Shown piece after piece: positions 1-10,539 of a stretch of 48,638 nt of DNA (its first letter is position 1; each line of letters opens with the position of its first letter). Origin of the DNA: Octopus bimaculoides (lineage: Eukaryota); assembly GCF_001194135.2 (NCBI RefSeq), contig NC_068999.1, forward strand, positions 30,654,451-30,703,088. The letters are read 5' to 3'. The notes under the pieces were generated by a model. That model saw only the letters and a program-made list of their open reading frames with translations. It searched no databases and was not told the DNA's origin. A program made the position numbers and the translations under genes.

Positions 1-205
1 TAGGCACAAGGCTCGAAATTTTTGGAGATGGGGGCCAGTCAATTAGATCAACCCCTGGATGCAACTGGTACTTAATTTATTGACCCCAAAAGGATGAAAG
101 GCAAAGTCGACCTTGGTGGAATTTGAACCCAGAACGTAAAGACAGACGAAATACCACTAAGCATTTCGCCTGGTGTGCTAATTTTTCTGCCAGCTTGCTG
201 CCTTT
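1..205 (-). mobile_element. tRNA-derived SINE, family A; window starts inside its 3' part
   Basis: Minus strand starts aaggcagcaagctggcagaaaaattagc (A-box-like) and has gggttcaaattcc (B-box-like). The same sequence recurs at 43366-43573 and partially elsewhere. Confidence 0.75.
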
Positions 206-772
206 TACAGATTTTTTACAGTTCCAGTAATGGATTGGATCTGTAGCCTTCGAATTAACTTTCACCTTTCTGGTTTTGAGAAGCCTAATTTCTCAAGATC
301 AGTATTTAGGCAGTGTGTTACTTATCCCAGGGCCCCGTTAATTACAAGTATAAAGCTGAACTTGTAATCAGATGGAGTAACTGTAGATTTCTCAATAGTT
401 CAGCATAGGTGTCCTCTTTTTCACTGATCTTCAGCTTTATGTTAACATCCGCTGGACAGTTAATTTCCACAACTGTGCACAGTTTCTCTTCTCTATCCCA
501 AATCATTATATCAGGTCTGTTGAAGACCTCAATAAAATGTAAATTTTATTGAGGTCTTCATTGGTACATTCCACCAGTATTCTTTTTCATTATGAGTGGC
601 TATGGCTTCTACCATATTGTTAGTTTTTATTTCTTTGTCCTTGGGATTATCCTTCCGACGGATTTCATTATAGAGTGTCCTAGTTACATCATGTCTCATC
701 GGTAGATAATATCGTGCTGAGATTTTTGGACAGCTGCATATGATGTGGGTGATATCTTCAGTGTGAGCTCTA
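206..772 (-). mobile_element. 3' fragment of an RLE-type non-LTR retrotransposon (zinc knuckle + PD-(D/E)xK endonuclease), decayed
   Basis: Minus-strand translation EDITHIICSCP...RHD...EYWWNVPMKTSIK, then after a frame break NRPDIMIWDREEKLCTVVEISCPADVNIKLKISEKEDTYAEL. These are typical C-terminal motifs of R2/R4/CRE-class LINEs. Confidence 0.75.
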
Positions 773-829
773 CATGTATGTATGTATGTATGTAAGTATG
801 CATGCATGCATGCATGTACATTAGCTAGT

Positions 830-2800
830 GATATGGAAACAGAAAGAGATAACTCATGTTTCAGATGTGGATAGTTTCTCCTGTTTGCTAAGTCAAGCAA
901 ATTTAAGTGACTTGGTATGCCATTTGGAATTAAAAATCAAAGCAGAACAGCTTGGATCCATATTTTTGCCATTGTCATATGAAGTTTTTATAATTTTGTT
1001 TACAGATTTCAAATTGCTTTTTTTCCGGTGATATCAGTGAGCTCATGATTGACTGTGACTATGATCCTGAAGAATGGAAACTTTTCACTGACTCAAGTGC
1101 TGTGCAATACCCATGAACACCTTGAATACTTGGCAGAGGTAAAGGACATGGACCACACCCACTTTCGGTCTTTATTTTGTTTCTTTTTCTGCAGAAACTC
1201 ACCTTTTTGACTGCACAGATTCTGAATCGGCAAAAAAAATATCGGCATTTCAAAATTTAACTCTTCCCAAATTTTTCACTATTTTAGAAATATTTTTAGC
1301 GAAATACATAGAAAAATACAGAGATTATGATTCCGAAAAAAAAAATTTTGTAAAATTTTAATTTTTCAAAAATAAATGAATAAATAAACACCTCCTCCAC
1401 TCCACCAGCACAGCTGTGATAGAAAGTGAATATGTTGTGGTTGAGGGTCTTTTGGAATTAAGAGAGGTAGGTAAAAATTAGATTTTTTTCACACATACAC
1501 AGCAAAATGACATTTAAAAATTTTTTTTCTTTTCTGTTAATTCGTATTTAAAAGGGGATCTTCAGTTTGGATGTTGTTTATAGCTTGTCAGACTTTCCGG
1601 TTGGAGCGTACATAAAAATTGAAGATTTTGGAAACCCCAAAAATCATGTTTTCAAAACTTTAATTTTCTTCCTCTCCACCCCTCTGCCAAAGAAAAAAAG
1701 GGGGTAGGGGAAATTAAAATTTTGAAAATGTCATTTATTGTTTAGTTGCTGTTTCTAGCATGTTGAGTTTTCTGTTTAGATACTTTTTACATCTGCTATG
1801 TTAGTAGGAGGGGAGGGGTGTTTATTATTTTTTGCTTTTGAAAAATTGAAATTTTACAAAATTTTTTTTCTGAATCATAATCTCCGTATTTTTCTACATA
1901 TTTCATCAAAAAAAATTTCTAAAAGAAGTAAAAAACTGGGGTGTGGAGGAATTAAAATTTTGAAATGCTGAAATTTTTTGCCGATTCGGAATCTCTGCAA
2001 TTAAAAAGGTGGGTTTCTGTAGAAGAAAAAACAAAAAAATAACCGAAAGGGGGTGCAGTCCACACCCTTTACCTCCACCCAATACTTATAGTATAATTCC
2101 AGTGGCCTTAATGAAACTTATGAATCCATGGAACTACTGATTCGTGGTTCATCAAATACAAAGAGCCAACATGAAATATTTATATAATTTCTTCTTGGTT
2201 TATGATTGGATTGCTCAAAGCACTGTTTTGCCAACAGAATAACAGAAATGATAAGAATCACTACAAAAAACATGACTGCCCATCTATAACTGAACATATA
2301 CGCTAATATAACGTGCAACATCTAGAATTAGTTGACCTTCTGAGAATATATCTAGTACCATTTCATCTTTAACTTAGATTCTTGAAAAATAACATTTCAG
2401 AAAAGATAAGCATTGTCAAGGTAATGTTTTACAATTTTACAATATTTAAAGAATAAACTCAATAGAATACTGACATATAAAGTTAGAGGTTAGTGTTATC
2501 TATGGGTCATCTTTTCCCAACCTCTAAACGAAAGGAAATATTTGGGTGTCCTCTCTTGAAGCTGTTAAAAACTTTGTTGTGGAGGGACACAGGACTTAAA
2601 AATTATCATGAATTGGGGTGGGGGTAACATGCTGAAATCTTAATGGAAAGTGAGGTGTGGAATTTCTTACAATACTTTACATTCTTCTCTTCTTCCTTAC
2701 TAAGCTCAGGGATGTAAGTAATGTGTATAATGAGTGCTTCTACCAGCAGATCTCTGTTATGGAAATCAGACATCAATGGAATATGATGAGTGATTAGTTT
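830..2800 (+). mobile_element. Decayed DNA-transposase remnant, Chapaev-like (family name from memory), split by a foldback element
   Basis: Collinear fragments LLSQANLSDLV..L..KAEQLGS, DYDPEEWKLFTDSS (~1050-1100), GLNETYESMELL (~2105) and LRDVSNVYNECFYQQISVMEIRHQWN (~2705-2785), with many stops and frameshifts. Confidence 0.55.
1125..2087. mobile_element. Foldback/MITE-like element with ~300-bp imperfect inverted arms
   Basis: Arms at ~1125-1420 and ~1790-2087 are reverse complements, e.g. cagaaactcacctttttgactgcacagattctgaatcggc vs gccgattcggaatctctgcaattaaaaaggtgggtttctg. Confidence 0.7.
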
Positions 2801-3069
2801 TAGTTCCCACAGAAAGGAACTGTTTCCCTCCCACAAATAACAAAAGAAAAGATTACAGCAAACTTTGCCTTTTGGTTGTAATGATATAATACTTAGGCAG
2901 TTAAGATAGATTGTTATGTGCAGGGAATAATTACTTCACCAGCAAAACTCAATAGATCTTAAGTCAGAAGAAAGGAGGAAAGACAATCTTATTACAGTTA
3001 TCTCAGCATGACTAACATAAAACATGGCACAGAATAGTATCGTAGTGTGTTTCTGCAAAAGAAGCCAGA

Positions 3070-3163
3070 TAGAGAGAGAGAGAGAGAGTGAGAGGGAGAG
3101 AGAGAGAGTGAGAGGGAGAGAGAGAAAGAGAGAGAGAGATTTTGTGTGTGTGTGTGTGTGTGT
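3070..3163. repeat. (GA)n followed by (TG)n microsatellites
   Basis: Seen directly. Confidence 0.95.
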
Positions 3164-3604
3164 CTTTGGTTAAACAAAATTTGACCAAGGTAGGGAAATT
3201 TGGTTAGCAGATCTGAATTAAGGCATCACCAATTTAGTAAGAAAAACAATATTTCCTAATTCAGTAACAGAAAAAAGTTGAAATTTGTTGTTGCATTGTG
3301 TTAATATGTCCACTCTTACTGCATCACAAAACAGCTAATCAGTTCAAATTAATTGTTTCCATTGATATACAATGATAAAACTCTACTTGAGGTTCAGCAG
3401 TTATTAACTATGGCTACTGGCTGGAACCCCTCGAAGTTAGTGTGTTAATAACTTTAGAACTTTCTCATAACAAAATATCAAACCTTTCATGTTCATTTAT
3501 CAGATTGTTTTACATTTTTAATGAGATAGGTCAATAAAAATAAAATCCATAAAAATCCTCATTTCAGTTACATATATTTTTCAATATACAACAGATTTTA
3601 AATA

Positions 3605-4872
3605 CTAGGGTAAGTCAAAAGTTATATGCAGTTTTGTTCCTGTAATTTATTAGAACAAACGTAGGAGTTGAACAATTACATCATTTTTCGACATAGTCCC
3701 CTTGATTTTTGATGCACTTCTTTCAGCAGTCGACAGGCTTGCTTATTTCACCGGAAACAAATGTTTTCAATTGATTGCACAGCCATTTATGCACATCTTC
3801 GTCTGTAGAAAATTGATGACTTCATAAAGGGTGTTTGAGCAGTCTAGAGAGGTGATAGACAGAAGGCTGAGATCTGGACTGTTTGCAAGATGTTTCAGCA
3901 ACTCTAAACCAAATTTTTCAATGGTTTCATTGATGTGGGTGGCTTTAAGTGGGTGTGCATTTTCATACAACAGTAACACTTGATTTGACAATAGACCTCA
4001 GCATTTGGAGTGAATTGCTGGTTTCAGTTTGTTGGCCAGCATTTCACTGTAACCTACAATGGTGACTGTAGACCACTTTCCAGGTAATGTTCTAATATAG
4101 GCCTTTTTGACAGTAGACATAACTTTTTCTGTGGAAGATTGTGTCTTGAATTCCTTTATTGCTGGCAGTTCCTGGTGTTTCCACTCCATACTCTACCTTT
4201 TGGATTCTGACTCAAAATGAAGGATCCAGGTCACATCTCCTGTGGTATTCTCTCCAAAAAAAAGCTTTGCCTTCATCGTTGTAGCAGTTGAGTAAGAGTT
4301 GACAGATCTCCACACAATTGCACATATGTGCTCTAGTAAGCTCTCTTGGCATCCATCTTCACACAGATTTTACAGAAGCAAAGCTTATTATGGATGATTT
4401 TGTATGCAAAATCATGATTAATTTGCAGAGAATATGCCACCTGATCGATGGTCACTTGTTGGTTTGCAAGAACCATCTCTCGAGTTTGTTGAATCTTCAT
4501 GCCAATGATGAAGGCAGATGGGTGTCCTTATCCCACTTTGTGCTTCATGTCTGTCTAGCCATTTTAAAGCTTCTTGATCTGCTCATACACAGTAGAGCAC
4601 TGTCTTTGTATGGTACTGAAAGTCTATGATGAATTTCAGCCTCTGACACACTTTCAGACTAGAGAAATCAGACCACCGATCTCTGTTTCTTCCTTGGTGC
4701 AAACAGCCAGTGGAGCAGCAATGTTTATTCAGTAGTACAAGAAAGAAAACTGGAGCAATTGATGTTACATAGCCACATGAGTACAACCTTTTAGTATGTG
4801 AGCACTGAAGGTACTGTGGCCAGCTTAAAGAAAGTTTTGTTGAAAGTGTGAATAATTTTTGACTTCCCTGTG
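3605..4872 (-). mobile_element. Near full-length decayed mariner (DD34D) transposon
   Basis: TA at 3603-3604 then TIR ctagggtaagtcaaaagttat; the right TIR is ataatttttgacttccctg. Minus-strand remnants include RWMPRELT, TGDVTWI, SMEWKH, VLLLYENAHP, ANSPDLS, GDYVEK*. Length ~1.27 kb. Confidence 0.9.
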
Positions 4873-5060
4873 AACATAATACAGTGTAGTGTACGTGATA
4901 TACTATAAAATGGAATATAATAGTAAAAAGTGTATGGCATAATTAACACACTTTATCAAGGAATACTAACTATAACAATAAAAGTATTGTTGCAGTAGGG
5001 TATAATATAGAAATGATATGATTGACACAAAGAAAATGACATGACCAATATATATATGTA

Positions 5061-5099
<39 letters not shown>

Positions 5100-5135
5100 C
5101 TGTAAATATAATATGTGTCAATTATTCGGTAGCCA

Positions 5136-5198
5136 TGATAAAACTCCGAGTTTCAGATATCGGAGTGGAAACTCATGCCGGCATCTCTTCAGTTATTG
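5136..5198 (-). ncRNA. Hammerhead-ribozyme-like motif (type I, minimal stem III)
   Basis: Minus strand caataa-CTGAAGA-gatg...tatc-t-GAAA-c-tcgga-GTT-ttat. Stem I 4 bp, stem II 4 bp, one extra nt before GAAA. Confidence 0.4.
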
Positions 5199-5315
5199 GG
5201 CTATTGAAAAAATGCTATGAAAATGACTGTTAAATAAAGGGAAATTACTGTGTGATTGACCGTTATTAAGACAAAAGAGCTATTAGAATGACCGCTAAGT
5301 AAGGGGAAAGAGTAA

Positions 5316-5945
5316 AAGTAAGGGAGTAAAAATGTTCATAGCAATTGCGTAAGCAAGCATACATACACATGTGCGCCCGCACACCCAAGTACATGCACCT
5401 ATATGTATATACTCATCCACCCTCCCTTGAAACACACACATGCTTACCCACACATTTGCCAAAAAGTAAAAATATATACATACCCGCATACACGCTTGCA
5501 CACACACACATGCGCACAAAAAAGGTTCATACACATGTCAATATACACACATGCACAAGAAAAAATAGGGCTAAAGGCAAATACAGAAAAATGTGTAAAA
5601 AAGTGTAAAAAATAAGCATTAAGAATAAAAAGTAAAGGTGTAAATATGCTCATGGTGAATGCATATGAGTGCAACTCCATACATACACATGCGTGTATGC
5701 ACACCCACATACATGTGCCTATGTGCATATGCTCATCCACACTCACTTGAAACTTACATATGCGCACCCCCACATTCGCCAAGAAACAATTTATGCATAC
5801 ACGCACACATGTTCACACATACACACGGGCACAAAAAAGTTCATATACACGTCTATATATGCACATACTCGCATGCACGTACACACACACACACATCTAT
5901 ATATGCACATACCCGCACACACGCACACATCCACATGCACGCACA
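5316..5945. repeat. Two diverged tandem copies of a ~314-bp CA-rich unit
   Basis: Units start aagtaagggagtaaaaatgttcat (~5316) and aagtaaaggtgtaaatatgctcat (~5630). Shared internal words include ctcatccac, cttgaaac, gcacaaaaaa-gttcata. Confidence 0.7.
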
Positions 5946-6007
5946 GTAATCACACAGTAATTTCCCTTTGTTTAATGGTCATTTTCAAAGCATTTTTTTT
6001 GATGGCC

Positions 6008-6070
6008 TGACAACTGAAGAGATACTAGCGTGGGTTTCCGCCTCGACATCCGAAACTCGGAGTTTTATTG
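6008..6070 (+). ncRNA. Hammerhead-ribozyme-like motif (type I, minimal stem III)
   Basis: tgacaa-CTGAAGA(6014-6020)-gat...atc-c-GAAA(6052-6055)-c-tcgga-GTT(6062-6064)-ttattg. Stem I pairs 5 of 6 positions including wobbles. Confidence 0.45.
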
Positions 6071-6258
6071 CGGCTACCGAATAATTGTCACATATCATAT
6101 TTACAGTTAAATTCCTCTATTTACATAATATCGAGGTCTCTTTCATTCTTTTGTTGTCTAACCAATTCTATCGATATATATATATATATATATAGGTTTA
6201 GATTTAGATTCAAAATTGAATATGGTACTTATGTTTAGGCACTAGAATATAGTATGGT

Positions 6259-8556
6259 ATGGTATTATACAAAAACCATTCCAAAAACGAGGTGATCGTT
6301 TGCCCATCTAGGTCTGACATTGGCAGACTTAGTAAACTTATACTAGACAATATTTTACCTCTTATAATTCCTAACTTATCCTTAAAGTTATGGAATAATA
6401 CTGAAGAAGTACTAAACTGGTTTGGATCTATTGACAACACTGGTAACTTTTGGTTTATTCAATTTGATATAAATAGCTATTATTCTAGCATATCCCCTAT
6501 TCTCCTAAATAAGGCTTTTATTTTTGCTATGAATCGCTCTCTCATTACTAGGGATAAGATAGACATTATTTTGTTAGCTAGAAAAACTATTATTGAATTT
6601 GATAGCAAGCTCTGGACTAGAGCCGATACCCCAGGTAATTTTGATATACCAATGGGGTTGAGCGATTCGGCTGAAATTATGAATCTAGTAGGAGCTTACC
6701 TCTTATATTGCTTAAATAAAGAAATCCCGGAGCTAAAAGGCGGTCTATATAGGGATGATGCTTTATTCATCATCCCTAGTAATAATAAATCATTCATTGA
6801 GAGAATAAGAAAGAAAATTAGAAAATTTTTTAGAAGTTTCAACTTAAATATTACATACGAATATGGTACTAAGATTGTAAATTTTTTAGATACTACTCTT
6901 AACATAGAAACTAGATTATACTGCCCATATAGAAAAGAGAATGAAGTTACTAGATATGTAAGTCGATTATCCAATCATCCACCAAATGTATTAAATTCTA
7001 TAGTTAAAAGTATTTCTGAGAGAATTACTAGATTATCTTCTAACATTGATATATTTAATTCTAATTCAAACTACTATAATGTGGCTTTGTCTAAAGCTGG
7101 ATATGACCAGAAAATTTCTTTCCTTAGTCTTGGTAGGACATCTCTTCTTGATGCAGATAATAATAATAATAATAATAACAATAATAATGATAATAATAAT
7201 AATAATAATCATAGATGTTATAACAAGCCTAATAACTTAAGTAGTAATAATAATGGACCAAATAAAAAGCAACCCTATATGCCTAAAAATTTAACTAATA
7301 AGAAAAATAATAAAGNNNNNNNNNNNNNNNNNNNNNNNNNNNNNNNNNNNNNNNNNNNNNNNNNNNNNNNNNNNNNNNNNNNNNNNNNNNNNNNNNNNNN
7401 NNNNNNNNNNNNNNNNNNNNNNNNNNNNNNNNNNNNNNNNNNNNNNNNNNNNNNNNNNNNNNNNNNNNNNNNNNNNNNNNNNNNNNNNNNNNNNNNNNNN
7501 NNNNNNNNNNNNNNNNNNNNNNNNNNNNNNNNNNNNNNNNNNNNNNNNNNNNNNNNNNNNNNNNNNNNNNNNNNNNNNNNNNNNNNNNNNNNNNNNNNNN
7601 NNNNNNNNNNNNNNNNNNNNNNNNNNNNNNNNNNNNNNNNNNNNNNNNNNNNNNNNNNNNNNNNNNNNNNNNNNNNNNNNNNNNNNNNNNNNNNNNNNNN
7701 NNNNNNNNNNNNNNNNNNNNNNNNNNNNNNNNNNNNNNNNNNNNNNNNNNNNNNNNNNNNNNNNNNNNNNNNNNNNNNNNNNNNNNNNNNNNNNNNNNNN
7801 NNNNNNNNNNNNNNNNNNNNNNNNNNNNNNNNNNNNNNNNNNNNNNNNNNNNNNNNNNNNNNNNNNNNNNNNNNNNNNNNNNNNNNNNNNNNNNNNNNNN
7901 NNNNNNNNNNNNNNNNNNNNNNNNNNNNNNNNNNNNNNNNNNNNNNNNNNNNNNNNNNNNNNNNNNNNNNNNNNNNNNNNNNNNNNNNNNNNNNNNNNNN
8001 NNNNNNNNNNNNNNNNNNNNNNNNNNNNNNNNNNNNNNNNNNNNNNNNNNNNNNNNNNNNNNNNNNNNNNNNNNNNNNNNNNNNNNNNNNNNNNNNNNNN
8101 NNAAATAATATAGGTGGGGTTGATAGCACCACTAGGTGCAACTTCAGAAACAAGTTCCATTGTCCCTTATTAGGAAATTGTTGCACCCATAATGTAGTGT
8201 ACAGATGCATTATTAGTACAATAACCGAGAATTATATTTACATAGGATGTAGTATTAATGTGAAACAGAGAATATATAACCATAGGTCTTCTTTTAGACT
8301 AAGACATAAGGCAAATAGTACGACATTAGCAAGTAAAATTTGGGAGTTAAAAGATAATGGTATTAATTTTAGCCTTAAATGGGAAATTATAAGAAAAGCT
8401 CAACCTTATAGGAATAGTAGATATGGATGTGAATTATGTTCTATGGAAATATATGAAATTTTTAAACTTAGAAATAATCCTAATCTAATCAATAATAGAT
8501 TAGACCTTAGGGTATCGTGTGTCCACTGCTCTACACACACTTTTAAATTTTTTTAA
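6259..8556 (+). CDS. Penelope-like retroelement ORF (Neptune-like): reverse transcriptase + GIY-YIG endonuclease, 5'-truncated, interrupted by an assembly gap
   Basis: RT motifs FIQFDINSYYSSI, IPMGLSDSAEI, GGLYRDDAL, VNFLDTTLN and thumb YVSRLSNHPP. After the gap: CNFRNKFHCPLLGNC, VVYRC, YIYIGCS..VKQRIYNHRSSF, CELCSME, INNR...CVH. No stops in the sequenced parts (6259-7315, 8103-8556). True length is unknown. Confidence 0.9.
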   Translation: MVLYKNHSKNEVIVCPSRSDIGRLSKLILDNILPLIIPNLSLKLWNNTEEVLNWFGSIDNTGNFWFIQFDINSYYSSISPILLNKAFIFAMNRSLITRDKIDIILLARKTIIEFDSKLWTRADTPGNFDIPMGLSDSAEIMNLVGAYLLYCLNKEIPELKGGLYRDDALFIIPSNNKSFIERIRKKIRKFFRSFNLNITYEYGTKIVNFLDTTLNIETRLYCPYRKENEVTRYVSRLSNHPPNVLNSIVKSISERITRLSSNIDIFNSNSNYYNVALSKAGYDQKISFLSLGRTSLLDADNNNNNNNNNNDNNNNNNHRCYNKPNNLSSNNNGPNKKQPYMPKNLTNKKNNKXXXXXXXXXXXXXXXXXXXXXXXXXXXXXXXXXXXXXXXXXXXXXXXXXXXXXXXXXXXXXXXXXXXXXXXXXXXXXXXXXXXXXXXXXXXXXXXXXXXXXXXXXXXXXXXXXXXXXXXXXXXXXXXXXXXXXXXXXXXXXXXXXXXXXXXXXXXXXXXXXXXXXXXXXXXXXXXXXXXXXXXXXXXXXXXXXXXXXXXXXXXXXXXXXXXXXXXXXXXXXXXXXXXXXXXXXXXXXXXXXXXXXXXXXXXXXXXXXXXXXXXNNIGGVDSTTRCNFRNKFHCPLLGNCCTHNVVYRCIISTITENYIYIGCSINVKQRIYNHRSSFRLRHKANSTTLASKIWELKDNGINFSLKWEIIRKAQPYRNSRYGCELCSMEIYEIFKLRNNPNLINNRLDLRVSCVHCSTHTFKFF
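7316..8102. other. Assembly gap (N)
   Basis: Run of N. Confidence 1.
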
Positions 8557-9859
8557 AAGTAGTTTAAAAAGTAGTTATAATTATCAAAATATAGTATTTT
8601 AACTTCTACCATGGTCATCTAGGGCTATTAATTAGCACATATTTTAAATTGGAAATTGAACCTTTATAACATATATTCCTGATCTCTCACCTTAACATAT
8701 AATCTACTTGTGATAAATAAGATTTCAACTTTACTCCATAGAAGATATTTTTTCACACTGCTTCTGCTAATGCTGTTAGTTCTTAATATATATCTTAACC
8801 CTATATAGCTTATAAGAATAGGAAATTTTCATAAGTTCTAAATAGTTTTTAATTAGTTCCCCTAATTTAAGTTTTATTTATTTTATTTAATGCTTGACTT
8901 TAAAAGGATCATTATTATTATTACATTATTTCAGGGCTTGCAACGATAGTGTCTTGTTTATTTTGTATTTTTAACTTAAATAAATCTAATCCTTATTCAA
9001 TTAATATTCTTTAATTAGTCCATGTTAGTCTTAAAACAAATTCATGACTAATGAAACTATTAATCAATTATCATGTTTTCTGTATTGGATGTCCTTGTTA
9101 ATTCCTTATATCCTTTTTCTTTTTTTGTCCCTTAAACCTTAATAAACCCATTATTACAAACTATATAAATCCTATACTAATTCTTCTTCACATTATAAAG
9201 ATAAAGCTTACCTTTTATGTGTCTTCAAAATAGTATTTTTATATATATCAGCTTAAATTTTAAAATCATTTTTAAAATAATTCAAAATAGTTTTCCTGAG
9301 CCCAATATACATAATATCCTTAGACTTTACACCTTATCTATAGCCTCTGAATTCAATACTGACATTACTTCATGATTTTTGTATAAACTAATTACATTAC
9401 ATTTTATTATTATTAACATACTTCTTATTATTAAAATATTGTTTAAACTAATATAGATATCTGTATAACAATACTGATGCTCTATTCAGACTAAAGAAAA
9501 AGCCCTGTTTGACCTATGTGCTTAGGGTTTAATTCCTCAGCATTTTGATAGTAGTAAAAAAAACCCAACCTATAATAGTGTTGCCACTCTGACCAGAGAA
9601 ACCTTTATAACCATATCCTTTATAGCTATGTCCATGCATAATGCTTACACCTTCCCTTTCCTTATAAGTGATTGTCCCTTATACTATAACTACTAGATAA
9701 GAGACAATAAACTCAGAGACAGTTAGAATTTCTGCCTAGAACCAATTACTAGCCTGATAGCCTTGGCTATGTCAAGATGGATTTTTATGTATTCTTCTTC
9801 CCCCTTTGGATTTGAAATGTTGCCACAATTATAATATGTTTATTCTACTGTAATTTTCT

Positions 9860-10539
9860 NNNNNNNNNNNNNNNNNNNNNNNNNNNNNNNNNNNNNNNNN
9901 NNNNNNNNNNNNNNNNNNNNNNNNNNNNNNNNNNNNNNNNNNNNNNNNNNNNNNNNNNNNNNNNNNNNNNNNNNNNNNNNNNNNNNNNNNNNNNNNNNNN
10001 NNNNNNNNNNNNNNNNNNNNNNNNNNNNNNNNNNNNNNNNNNNNNNNNNNNNNNNNNNNNNNNNNNNNNNNNNNNNNNNNNNNNNNNNNNNNNNNNNNNN
10101 NNNNNNNNNNNNNNNNNNNNNNNNNNNNNNNNNNNNNNNNNNNNNNNNNNNNNNNNNNNNNNNNNNNNNNNNNNNNNNNNNNNNNNNNNNNNNNNNNNNN
10201 NNNNNNNNNNNNNNNNNNNNNNNNNNNNNNNNNNNNNNNNNNNNNNNNNNNNNNNNNNNNNNNNNNNNNNNNNNNNNNNNNNNNNNNNNNNNNNNNNNNN
10301 NNNNNNNNNNNNNNNNNNNNNNNNNNNNNNNNNNNNNNNNNNNNNNNNNNNNNNNNNNNNNNNNNNNNNNNNNNNNNNNNNNNNNNNNNNNNNNNNNNNN
10401 NNNNNNNNNNNNNNNNNNNNNNNNNNNNNNNNNNNNNNNNNNNNNNNNNNNNNNNNNNNNNNNNNNNNNNNNNNNNNNNNNNNNNNNNNNNNNNNNNNNN
10501 NNNNNNNNNNNNNNNNNNNNNNNNNNNNNNNNNNNNNNN
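9860..10539. other. Assembly gap (N)
   Basis: Run of N. Confidence 1.

Larger units (their letters stand above)
5100..6173 (+). mobile_element. Non-coding inverted-repeat element with hammerhead-like motifs in both arms, probably a Penelope-like-element derivative
   Basis: Arms 5100-5257 and 5948-6106 are reverse complements. Only the right arm has a 3' extension (6107-6173). Flanked by (TG)n and (TA)n. Confidence 0.65.

Noticed and set aside
5295-6010. Several overlapping His/Thr- or Cys/Val-rich ORFs
   Set aside because: They come from CA/TG-rich low-complexity repeats that are open in many frames.
6259-8556. 765-aa length of the Penelope ORF
   Set aside because: 787 bases are N, so the frame continuity and length across the gap come from the gap size estimate.
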